Source: an uncultured Eubacterium sp. (lineage in GTDB: Bacteria > Bacillota > Clostridia > Lachnospirales > Lachnospiraceae). Taken from it: a stretch of 64,000 nucleotides of DNA. The translations under genes were made by a program, and so were the position numbers. The stretch is from positions 18,875-82,874 of the forward strand of contig CAZKQV010000006.1 in assembly GCA_964555015.1 (NCBI GenBank). The letters run 5' to 3'. The notes beneath the pieces are model-generated. The model worked only from the letters and a program-made list of their open reading frames with translations, was not told where the DNA came from and did not search any database. This document shows positions 48,918-57,563 of this stretch, piece by piece (positions within the stretch are counted from its first letter, which is position 1; every line of letters starts with the position of its first letter).

Positions 48918-50237
48918 ATGGATTATACATTAACAGAATTACTATTTTTCCTATTATGCTATTCCTTCATGGGATGGTGTATAGAAACAGTGTTTTCTGC
49001 CATTATCTATGGGAGATTCAGCAACAAGGGATTTTTAAATGTTCCTTTCTCCCTTGCTTTTGGTTTTGCCATGGACTTGATTTTGATGCTCACTCCGTCT
49101 TTAAAACAAAATATTATAGTGGTTCTCATAATGGACATGGTAATTGTCTCCGCTGTGGATCACTTGTCTAATTTTATTTCCGTGCGTCTTACCGGAAACA
49201 AACTGTGGAATTTTGAAGAGTTTTCCGTATATACGAACCTCAAGTGGAGAGGTTGGTGGAGAACTTTGATCATGACGGGGATGGCCTTAGTAGGGGTCTA
49301 TTTAATCCATCCGGTGCTGTTTTTATATATGCATTTTATTCCGGCGCTGGTCCTTAAAGTCATCGATGGGATTTTCCTGGGACTAGTCTTAGTGGATGGG
49401 GCTGCCGTTATTTATACCTTACAAAAAAAGAACCGGCATATCCGGATTCTGAAAATGTCGGAAGAGTTTAATGAAGATATGCAGGAGTGGAACCAGGAGT
49501 TTGGCAGCCGTCTTACAAGGCTGGTCTGGAAACGTATCCACAAAGCATATCCGGATTTAAGGGCGTTGGAGGAAAAAACGGAGAACGAAAAGAAAGTCGT
49601 CTTTGCCGGGGGAGTGTGTTTCCATAAATTAGTCTGGATTTTTATGATCTCCGCACTGATCGGAGATTTGATTGAAACTGTGTATTGCCGTTTGGTCGGG
49701 GGAACCTGGATGAGCCGTTCCAGCGTGATCTACGGTCCTTTCAGCATTGTCTGGGGAATGGGAGCCGTGCTGCTTACGGTCTTGCTTTACCGGCTGGCAG
49801 AAAAGGAAGACCGGTATGTGTTCTTCGGAGGGTTTTTGCTGGGAGGAACCTATGAATATCTGTGCAGCTTGCTGTCGGAAATTTTCCTGGGAACGACATT
49901 CTGGGACTACAGCGAGATGCCCTTTAATATCGGTGGAAGAACGAATCTGCTGTACTGCGTTTTCTGGGGGATCCTCTCTGTCGTGTGGATTAAGATATGT
50001 TATCCGAGGATCAGCAGCGGAATTGAGAAGATTCCGGCGCTCCTTGGAATCATTTGCACCTGGTGCCTCATTATTTTTATGGTCTTTAACCTTGCCATCT
50101 CCGCCATGGCGGTGGTTCGCTATGTGGACCGGAATCACCGTGACAGACCGGCCAACGGAGTGGAAAGTTTTATCGATCAGCAGTATCCGGATCAAACCGT
50201 GGAATCTGTATGGCCGAATTTAAAAATTGTAGAATAA
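48918..50237 (+). CDS. Duplicated CmpB-like ('putative ABC-transporter type IV', DUF1113-like) membrane protein
   Basis: Two homologous polytopic halves beginning FLLCYSFMGWCIETVFS and ISALIGDLIETVYC. The family assignment is from memory of Pfam PF06541. Confidence 0.55.
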   Translation: MDYTLTELLFFLLCYSFMGWCIETVFSAIIYGRFSNKGFLNVPFSLAFGFAMDLILMLTPSLKQNIIVVLIMDMVIVSAVDHLSNFISVRLTGNKLWNFEEFSVYTNLKWRGWWRTLIMTGMALVGVYLIHPVLFLYMHFIPALVLKVIDGIFLGLVLVDGAAVIYTLQKKNRHIRILKMSEEFNEDMQEWNQEFGSRLTRLVWKRIHKAYPDLRALEEKTENEKKVVFAGGVCFHKLVWIFMISALIGDLIETVYCRLVGGTWMSRSSVIYGPFSIVWGMGAVLLTVLLYRLAEKEDRYVFFGGFLLGGTYEYLCSLLSEIFLGTTFWDYSEMPFNIGGRTNLLYCVFWGILSVVWIKICYPRISSGIEKIPALLGIICTWCLIIFMVFNLAISAMAVVRYVDRNHRDRPANGVESFIDQQYPDQTVESVWPNLKIVE

Positions 50238-50265
50238 TCTGCATATGAACGCTTATTTTGCGCCG

Positions 50266-50294
50266 GTTGAAATTAAAAAAATTTTGTGTTATAA
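50266..50294 (+). promoter_or_regulatory. Extended -10 promoter upstream of the Fe-ADH gene
   Basis: TTGAAA - 17 nt - TATAAA, with TGT just upstream of the -10. Confidence 0.5.
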
Positions 50295-50407
50295 ACTATA
50301 TATGTTCACTAGGATATGATTCTGAAATTTAAGAGTTATCATTCAAAACCATATACCAGCGATCGATTTTTATCTATAGAATGTGAAACGCAGGGAGGGT
50401 TATTTTC

Positions 50408-51520
50408 ATGAAACAATTAATGTTAAAACCGGAAATTGTAAAGTATGACACTTGCAAGGAATTTGCAGAAGAATTTCAGATTGGAAAAGGGGATCTGGTC
50501 ATTACGAATGAGTACATCTACCAACCGTTTTTTGGGGATATGAATCTGGAATGTGAAGTGATCTTTCAGGAAAAGTACGGTGCGGGCGAACCTTCGGATG
50601 ATATGGCGGAGGCAATTTATAAAGATATTAAGACAACGCCGAAGCGGGTGATCGGTATCGGCGGAGGTACTGTCATCGATATTTCCAAGTTATTTGTACT
50701 GAAAAATGTTTCTCCGATCCTTGACCTTTATGATGGAAAGCTGGAGATTGTGAAGGATAAAGAGCTTGTTTTGGTGCCGACAACCTGTGGAACCGGCTCA
50801 GAGGTGACGAACATTGCGATTTTGGCGCTGAACAGCCGCGGTACGAAGAAGGGGTTGGCAGTGGATGAGATGTATGCAGACAGCGCCGTACTCATTCCGG
50901 AGCTGTTAAAGGGACTTCCGTTCCGCTTTTTTGCAACCAGTTCCATCGATGCGCTAGTCCATGCGGTGGAATCTTCCTTGTCGCCAAAAGGAAATTGCTA
51001 CACAAGGATGTTTGGCTACAAAGCGATTGATATGATTCTCCACGGTTTCATGGAGATCCGCGACAAAGGACAAGAAGCCAGAATCCCTCTTCTGGAAGAT
51101 TTTTTGATCGCGTCAAATTATGCGGGAATCGCCTTTGGCAATGCGGGATGCGCTGCGGTTCACGCCTTAAGCTATCCTCTGGGAGCTACTTATCACGTCG
51201 CCCACGGCGAATCCAACTATGCCATGTTTACCGGAGTAATGCTCAATTACATGGAGCTGAAAACCGATGGAGAGATTGCCAGACTGAATGCCTTTATCGC
51301 AGATATTTTAGGCTGCAAGGTGGAAAATGTATTTGAGGAATTGGAAAACTTGCTTAATGTTCTGATTCCGAAGAAAGCGCTTCACGAATACGGTGTGACA
51401 GAGCAGGATTTAGTGGAATTTACGGATTCGGTCATGGTAAATCAGGGGCGTCTGATGGCAAATAACTTTGTGGAGTTGGACAGAGACAGAGTGTATAAGA
51501 TTTATAAGGAATTATACTAA
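50408..51520 (+). CDS. Iron-containing alcohol dehydrogenase, 4-hydroxybutyrate dehydrogenase (4hbD)-like
   Basis: 370 aa with GIGGGTVIDISK, VPTTCGTGSEVTN and NYAGIAFGNAGCAAVHALSYP. It is collinear with my recollection of Clostridium kluyveri 4hbD. Confidence 0.7.
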   Translation: MKQLMLKPEIVKYDTCKEFAEEFQIGKGDLVITNEYIYQPFFGDMNLECEVIFQEKYGAGEPSDDMAEAIYKDIKTTPKRVIGIGGGTVIDISKLFVLKNVSPILDLYDGKLEIVKDKELVLVPTTCGTGSEVTNIAILALNSRGTKKGLAVDEMYADSAVLIPELLKGLPFRFFATSSIDALVHAVESSLSPKGNCYTRMFGYKAIDMILHGFMEIRDKGQEARIPLLEDFLIASNYAGIAFGNAGCAAVHALSYPLGATYHVAHGESNYAMFTGVMLNYMELKTDGEIARLNAFIADILGCKVENVFEELENLLNVLIPKKALHEYGVTEQDLVEFTDSVMVNQGRLMANNFVELDRDRVYKIYKELY

Positions 51521-51606
51521 ATCTGATTTCAAAGAATAGAAGGATTAATATATAGTAACACAACAGTAACAGAACAAGACAATGGGATGATCTATAAGAT
51601 GATCGG

Positions 51607-51665
51607 AAAGCGGGGATATTCTTTTTCCGGCCGGATGGCGGCAGTTAGGATATCCCCGCTTTTTA
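51607..51665 (+). terminator. Rho-independent terminator after the Fe-ADH gene
   Basis: 13-bp stem AAAGCGGGGATAT / ATATCCCCGCTTT enclosing a 30-nt loop, followed by TTTAT. Confidence 0.65.
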
Positions 51666-51668
51666 TGG

Positions 51669-51697
51669 TTGACTTTCCCAGTTATCTATGATATATT
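51669..51697 (+). promoter_or_regulatory. Sigma-A type promoter of the tetR-ABC operon
   Basis: TTGACT - 17 nt - TATATT. Confidence 0.55.
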
Positions 51698-51741
51698 CAT
51701 AACGATGTTTCATAACAGTGTTTCATAACGGCGTTATGAAA
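51696..51741 (+). promoter_or_regulatory. Candidate TetR operator array
   Basis: TTCATAAC (51696), TTTCATAAC (51708), and a perfect 9-3-9 palindrome TTTCATAAC-GGC-GTTATGAAA (51721-51741). The array overlaps the -10 box and the predicted transcription start. Confidence 0.6.
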
Positions 51742-51774
51742 ATCTATGAGGACGTTATTTCAGGAGGAGAAAGA

Positions 51775-52401
51775 ATGGCAAAACAGATCGAAGGAGTTTA
51801 CGAGAAGATTTTAGAGTGCGCGGTTTCGGAGTTTTTAGAGAAAGGATATACGGAGTCATCCCTTCGCAGCATTGCGGCGAAGGCGGGAACCAGCACCAAT
51901 TCGATCTACGTGAGATTTCACGATAAGGAAGGATTGTTTTCGGCGATCGTGGAGCCGGTGGTAAACCAATTGATCCATATGTTTGTAGCGGTTCAGGAGA
52001 CATTTCACAGCTTTGACAAGGAGATCCAGGAAGAGGAGATGGGAAAGTATACGTCAGACGAGATGGGAAAGATGCTGGATTATATTTACGATAATTTGGA
52101 TGCGTTTCGTCTCCTGCTTGATTCATCCTACGGCACAAGATTTCATAATTTTGTGGATGAATTGGTGAGAATCGAGGTGGAGTATACCTATAAGTATATG
52201 GAAGTGGTGGGTTATCCGGTGGAGGTGGAGAACGCCACGACGGAGACTCTGCTCCACATTGTGAACACTTCGTATTTTGAAGGGGTCTTCGAAGTGATCC
52301 GTCATGGAATGAGCAGAGAAGAGGCAAAAAAATATTTAAAAATGCTGGCAAAATACCATCATGCCGGTTTTTCAGCGGTATTTTATCCGGAAGAGGAATA
52401 A
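51775..52401 (+). CDS. TetR/AcrR-family transcriptional regulator
   Basis: HTH SLRSIAAKAGTSTNSIYVRFHDKEGLF. The ATG at 51775 has GGAGGAG upstream; the longer 51718 start would run through the operator region. Confidence 0.88.
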   Translation: MAKQIEGVYEKILECAVSEFLEKGYTESSLRSIAAKAGTSTNSIYVRFHDKEGLFSAIVEPVVNQLIHMFVAVQETFHSFDKEIQEEEMGKYTSDEMGKMLDYIYDNLDAFRLLLDSSYGTRFHNFVDELVRIEVEYTYKYMEVVGYPVEVENATTETLLHIVNTSYFEGVFEVIRHGMSREEAKKYLKMLAKYHHAGFSAVFYPEEE

Positions 52402-52508
52402 AGAAAACAGACAGACAAAGAGGCTGCGTTTTTTTGAAAAGAGAAAACAGCAGCCTAAAAATAAAACTAAGAGTTAGTATTTTCTAACGAAAGTAAGGAG
52501 GATATAAT

Positions 52509-54254
52509 ATGAAAAAGAAACATCCTTTGCTTCGGGTCTGGGAGATGGGACAGGAAGAACATGGCAAGTTGATTTTCGCCATTGCTTTGGCAGCGGCGGG
52601 AGTGCTTGGAGGAATGATCCCTTATTTTGCGGTGGCAGAGATGATCACCGGGTTTTTATCAGGGGAGAAGGACTTTGGGCAGTATTTGTTTTGGATCCTG
52701 TTAGGTCTTGCCGGTTATGCTGTGAGAACTTTACTCTATAACCTGGCTTTGTCCGTTTCCCACAAAGCGACCTTTTCCGTGTTAAAAACGATCCGCCAGA
52801 AAATTTTGGCGAAACTGCCAAGGCTTCCTCTCGGAACAGTGATGGATATCTCCAGCGGAAAAATGAAACAGATGATTGTCGATCAGGTGGACGGAATGGA
52901 AACGACGCTGGCCCATCTATTCCCGGAAATGACAGCCAATATCGCAGGCCCGATTTTTATTTTGATCTGCCTTTTTGTGCTGGATTGGCGGATGGCATTG
53001 GTTTCCCTGATCTCCATTCCGGTGGGAATGGGATTTGCAATGGCGGTCATGGGGTCTTATGCCAAAGACTATGAAGGAGCCGTGAAAGTCACAAAAGAAA
53101 TGAACGAAACCATTGTGGAATATATCGGAGGGATCGAAGTAATCAAAACCTTCAACCAGGGGAAAAAATCTTACGCAAGATTTGCGGAAAAAGTCCGGGC
53201 AAATGCACAGTATTACTGCGATTGGATGGAAAAGAGCCAATTTGGTATGTCCATGGCCTATGCCATTGTACCCGCCACATTGGTCACTGTATTGCCGGTC
53301 GGATGGCTGTTTTACAGCCAGGGCACCCTGGAGGCGGAAACCTTTTTGACCATCATTATTTTGTCCTTGGGCATTGCCTCTCCTCTGATGGCGGCAATGA
53401 ACTTTGTGGATACCCTGGCCCAGGTGGGAACCACGGTAGAAGCGGTGGATGAAATTTTGCTGGGAGAAGAACAAGATCACGGCAAAAAGCCGATAAGCTT
53501 TGACGGGCAGATGGATATCGGACTTACGGAGGTCAGCTTTGGATATCATGAGGGAGAGGAAATTCTACACGGAGTGAATCTTTTGATCCCTGCAGGAACC
53601 ATGACCGCATTTGTGGGACCTTCCGGCTCCGGAAAATCAACGATCGCCAAGCTGATCGCCGGATTCTGGGATGTGAAAGAAGGAGAGATCAGTTTAGGGG
53701 GACATAATCTAAAGGAAATTCCTTTAAATCAGCTTTACGATCAGGTCGCTTTTGTTTCCCAGGATAACTATTTATTTGATACTTCCATCCGGGAAAATAT
53801 CCGTATGGGAAAGATGACGGCCACCGACGAAGAGGTTGTGAAAGTGGCGAAGGAGGCAGGATGCGACGATTTCATCCGCAGTCTGGAAAATGGATATGAC
53901 ACCCTGATCGGCAGCGGCGGAGCCCATCTTTCCGGAGGAGAAAGACAGCGGATCGCCATCGCCAGGGCAATGCTTAAGGATGCTCCGGTGGTGATCTTTG
54001 ATGAGGCAACTGCCTACATCGATCCAGAGAATGAAGCTGTGATTCAAAAAGCAGCGGCAAAATTAATCCAGGGGAAAACCGTTTTGGTGATCGCCCACCG
54101 ACTTTCTACCATAACTGATGCGGATAAGATCGTGGTGGTGAAAGACGGTAAGGTGGAGGCGCAGGGCACCCACCGGCAGCTTTTACAAAACAGCCCGCTG
54201 TATGAATCCATGTGGCAGGCGCATATCGGGGCAAAGGATGGTGACGCAGCATGA
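52509..54254 (+). CDS. ABC exporter half-transporter (TMD-NBD)
   Basis: Walker A GPSGSGKST, signature LSGGERQRIAIARA and Walker B VVIFDEATAYID. Confidence 0.9.
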   Translation: MKKKHPLLRVWEMGQEEHGKLIFAIALAAAGVLGGMIPYFAVAEMITGFLSGEKDFGQYLFWILLGLAGYAVRTLLYNLALSVSHKATFSVLKTIRQKILAKLPRLPLGTVMDISSGKMKQMIVDQVDGMETTLAHLFPEMTANIAGPIFILICLFVLDWRMALVSLISIPVGMGFAMAVMGSYAKDYEGAVKVTKEMNETIVEYIGGIEVIKTFNQGKKSYARFAEKVRANAQYYCDWMEKSQFGMSMAYAIVPATLVTVLPVGWLFYSQGTLEAETFLTIIILSLGIASPLMAAMNFVDTLAQVGTTVEAVDEILLGEEQDHGKKPISFDGQMDIGLTEVSFGYHEGEEILHGVNLLIPAGTMTAFVGPSGSGKSTIAKLIAGFWDVKEGEISLGGHNLKEIPLNQLYDQVAFVSQDNYLFDTSIRENIRMGKMTATDEEVVKVAKEAGCDDFIRSLENGYDTLIGSGGAHLSGGERQRIAIARAMLKDAPVVIFDEATAYIDPENEAVIQKAAAKLIQGKTVLVIAHRLSTITDADKIVVVKDGKVEAQGTHRQLLQNSPLYESMWQAHIGAKDGDAA

Positions 54255-55981
54255 TACAAACATTTCAAAAAATATGGCAGTTTGCCGGAGAAGAAAAGGA
54301 AAATATCAACAAATCAGTGGCGGTAAGCTTTTTAAACGCACTATTTCATATGTTAGAGATTTCGGCGATCTATTTTGTGGTCGTTGCCCTGATTTCCGGG
54401 GAAAAAGGAAAGGAAACCGCCCTTGCCGCTCTGGGATTTATGTTGGTAAGTATTATCGGATGTGCGATCACCAGCCGGTTTTCAAGGATGCAGCAGACCC
54501 ATGCCGGGTATTTCATGGCGGCAAACCGGAGAATCTCCCTGGGAAATCGTTTAAAAAGCGTCCCTATGGGATTCTTCAATGAAAATAGTCTGGGGGAAGT
54601 TACCGGAGTGTGTACCACGGTCCTTGGAAATATTGAAACGATGGTGCCGATGGTTCTTGTAAATATCTTAGGCGGATTGATCGGAACCATAGTTTTTACG
54701 ATCATGGTCCTTATTTTTGAATGGAGGATCGGCCTGATCGCACTGGCGGGGATCCTTTGTTATCTCATCGTGGTATCTTGTATGGAGAGAAAATCCATCG
54801 CCATTGCTCCAAACATTCAAAAATCCCAGACAGAACTTACTTCCGCCGTGCTGGAATACGTGCAGGGAATGAGCGTGATCAAATCTTTTAATTTGAGCGG
54901 AAAAGGCGACAAAAAATTACAGGACACTTTGGAATTTAACCGGAAAAGCAATCTGGAAATGGAACAGTTAATGACGCCATACTCTATTCTCCAGGACCTG
55001 TCTTTGCAGATCGCAGGAATCGGGATGATGACGGCGGCAATATGGTGCTGGACCCACGGCACCATGACCCTAGCCAATGCGCTGATGTCTATTGTCGTTT
55101 CCTTCCTTGTGTTTGGTCAGATCAAACTTTTTGGCATGGGAGTTGCGATGCTCCGTCTGGCAGCAGGGAGCATTGACAGGACCCTGCAGACAGAAGAAAT
55201 GGAACAGATGGACGAAAAAGGGAAGACATTGCAGCCAAAAGACCATGTTATTCGGTTCAATAACGTATGTTTTTCCTATGAAAATAAAGAAATACTCCAT
55301 GAGATCGATGTCACCATACCAGAAAAGACCACAACGGCAATTGTCGGACCTTCCGGAAGCGGAAAGACCACTTTTTGTAATCTCATAGCCCGCTTCTGGG
55401 ATGTGGATAAAGGCAGCGTGACCATCGGGGGAAGGGACGTAAGAGATTATACCCTGGAATCTCTCATGGATCAGATCAGTATGGTTTTTCAAAATGTTTA
55501 TCTTTTTGCGGATACCATTGAAAACAACATAAAATTCGGAAAACCGGAAGCCACCCATGAGGAAGTAGTAGAAGCAGCGAAAAAAGCCTGCTGCGACGAT
55601 TTCATCCAAAATCTTCCGGAAGGATATCAGACGGTGATCGGCGAGGGAGGCGCCAGCCTTTCCGGCGGTGAAAAACAAAGAATCAGCATTGCGAGAGCCA
55701 TGCTAAAAGACGCGCCAATCGTAATCTTCGACGAGGCAACAGCCAATGTGGATCCGGAAAACGAAGACCGCCTGCAAAAAGCCATAGAAGCGCTTACCAG
55801 AAATAAAACCATCATCATGATCGCCCATCGGCTAAAAACCGTGAGTGGAGCGGACCAGATCCTGGTCATCGACGGCGGAAACATCGTTCAGCAGGGAAAA
55901 CACGAAGAGCTGATCGAACAGAAAGGAATTTATGCGGATTTCGTTCTGGGAAGAAAAGAAGCGATCGGGTGGAAGATTTAA
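54251..55981 (+). CDS. ABC exporter half-transporter (TMD-NBD)
   Basis: Walker A GPSGSGKTT, signature LSGGEKQRISIARA and Walker B IVIFDEATANVD. It overlaps the upstream gene by 4 nt. Confidence 0.9.
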   Translation: MIQTFQKIWQFAGEEKENINKSVAVSFLNALFHMLEISAIYFVVVALISGEKGKETALAALGFMLVSIIGCAITSRFSRMQQTHAGYFMAANRRISLGNRLKSVPMGFFNENSLGEVTGVCTTVLGNIETMVPMVLVNILGGLIGTIVFTIMVLIFEWRIGLIALAGILCYLIVVSCMERKSIAIAPNIQKSQTELTSAVLEYVQGMSVIKSFNLSGKGDKKLQDTLEFNRKSNLEMEQLMTPYSILQDLSLQIAGIGMMTAAIWCWTHGTMTLANALMSIVVSFLVFGQIKLFGMGVAMLRLAAGSIDRTLQTEEMEQMDEKGKTLQPKDHVIRFNNVCFSYENKEILHEIDVTIPEKTTTAIVGPSGSGKTTFCNLIARFWDVDKGSVTIGGRDVRDYTLESLMDQISMVFQNVYLFADTIENNIKFGKPEATHEEVVEAAKKACCDDFIQNLPEGYQTVIGEGGASLSGGEKQRISIARAMLKDAPIVIFDEATANVDPENEDRLQKAIEALTRNKTIIMIAHRLKTVSGADQILVIDGGNIVQQGKHEELIEQKGIYADFVLGRKEAIGWKI

Positions 55982-56012
55982 ATAACATGGCAAAAAAATC
56001 ATAAAAGGTGCG

Positions 56013-56053
56013 AAAAAAGTATCAAAGGACGCAGAGACTTTGATACTTTTTTT
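56013..56053 (+). terminator. Rho-independent terminator after the second ABC pair
   Basis: Stem AGTATCAAAG / CTTTGATACT, 10-nt loop, followed by TTTTTTT. Confidence 0.8.
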
Positions 56054-56217
56054 ATGAGATTTAGGCTTCTCAGGGAGTCTCTTTTTTGATATAAATATAG
56101 GTATGAAAAAATCGGCGGGATGTTTCCGGAAACTATGGGATAGAATAAGCTCTATATCCCGGAGACGGGAGTCGGTATTTTTTATAATGTGACTAGAGAA
56201 AGGAAAGGAGAAAAGAT

Positions 56218-57000
56218 ATGCCAATTGAAGTAGTACAGGGAGTTATGATTCCCTTTTTAGGAACATCCTTGGGGGCAGCCTGTGTGTTGTTCATGAAGGA
56301 TAAGCTAAATCCGATCTTACAGAGGATATTAACCGGATTTGCCGCCGGCGTTATGGTGGCGGCTTCCATATGGAGTCTGATCATTCCGGCTATGGAGCAA
56401 TCAGAGCATATGGGAGTGTGGTCTTTTGTTCCGGCAGTGGTTGGTTTTTGGATCGGAATCCTTTTTTTGCTGTTTTTAGACGAAGTGATTCCTCACCTTC
56501 ATCAAGATAGTAACGAACCGGAAGGACCAAAGGTAGAACTGAAAAGAACAACGATGCTGGTTCTTGCGGTGGCCCTTCATAATATTCCGGAAGGAATGGC
56601 GGTCGGGGTTGTCTTTGCCGGATGGCTGTCCGGCAACGAAACGATTACGGCATCCGGAGCCCTTGCGTTATCTTTGGGAATTGCCATTCAGAACTTCCCG
56701 GAAGGTGCGATTACTTCCATGCCGCTGAAAGCAGAGGGAGCCAAAAAGTCTAAAGCATTTTTATACGGTATCCTATCGGGAATCGTGGAGCCTATCGCCG
56801 CTGTTGTCACAATTCTTGCCTCCGGACTGATCATTCCGGCCCTGCCTTATCTTTTAAGCCTTGCGGCGGGAGCTATGATCTATGTGGTAGTGGAAGAATT
56901 GATTCCGGAAATGTCATCCGGAAAGCACTCCAACTGGGGAACGATATTTTTCGCCGTTGGATTTACATTGATGCTGGCGTTGGATGTGGCGCTTGGATAA
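56218..57000 (+). CDS. ZIP-family divalent metal transporter (ZupT-like)
   Basis: 260 aa with motifs ALHNIPEGMAVG and AIQNFPEGA in TM helices. Confidence 0.85.
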   Translation: MPIEVVQGVMIPFLGTSLGAACVLFMKDKLNPILQRILTGFAAGVMVAASIWSLIIPAMEQSEHMGVWSFVPAVVGFWIGILFLLFLDEVIPHLHQDSNEPEGPKVELKRTTMLVLAVALHNIPEGMAVGVVFAGWLSGNETITASGALALSLGIAIQNFPEGAITSMPLKAEGAKKSKAFLYGILSGIVEPIAAVVTILASGLIIPALPYLLSLAAGAMIYVVVEELIPEMSSGKHSNWGTIFFAVGFTLMLALDVALG

Positions 57001-57029
57001 AACGCTTGGATATAATAGGGAGGTATACC

Positions 57030-57494
57030 ATGGCGATTGAAAAAGTAAAGGAATATTTCAAGGAATTTGGAATGGAAGACAGAGTGCTGGAGTTTGAAAC
57101 GTCCAGCGCGACAGTAGAGCTTGCCGCCAAAGCGGTGGGATGTGAGCCGGGGCGGATTGCAAAGACCCTTTCTTTCAAAATAAAAGAAGGTCCTATTTTG
57201 ATCGTGACGGCCGGAGATGAAAAAATCGATAATCGAAAATACAAGGCAAGATTTGAGACAAAAGCGAAAATGCTCACAGCAGAGGAGGCGGAGACGCTGA
57301 TCGGACACGCTGTCGGCGGCGTGTGTCCTTTTGCGGTCAATGACGGAGTGAAAGTTTACCTGGATGAGTCTTTAAAAAGATTTCAAACTGTCTTTCCGGC
57401 CTGCGGCAGCAGCAACAGCGCTATTGAGCTTTCTATAGAAGAAATGGAGAAATATTCGGCGGCTGTCGGATGGGTAGATGTGTGCAAAAGATAA
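57030..57494 (+). CDS. YbaK/EbsC-family aminoacyl-tRNA deacylase-like protein
   Basis: About 154 aa with TVELAAKAVGCEPGRIAKTLSF and GHAVGGVCPFA. GGGAGG lies upstream of the ATG at 57030. Confidence 0.75.
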   Translation: MAIEKVKEYFKEFGMEDRVLEFETSSATVELAAKAVGCEPGRIAKTLSFKIKEGPILIVTAGDEKIDNRKYKARFETKAKMLTAEEAETLIGHAVGGVCPFAVNDGVKVYLDESLKRFQTVFPACGSSNSAIELSIEEMEKYSAAVGWVDVCKR

Positions 57495-57563
57495 TTTATT
57501 TTTATTGGACATATTCCATAGGTTGAGAGTATAATAACTAAAAATACGTTAGGAGTAGGAGTC

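Noticed and set aside
49629-55678. Several long minus-strand ORFs (49629-50195, 51755-52351, 52917-53549, 55070-55678; 188-210 aa)
   Set aside because: Each is antisense to a + strand gene with clear family motifs (CmpB-like, TetR, ABC exporters). Their compositions are Arg/His/Pro/Gly-rich and they have no recognisable domains.
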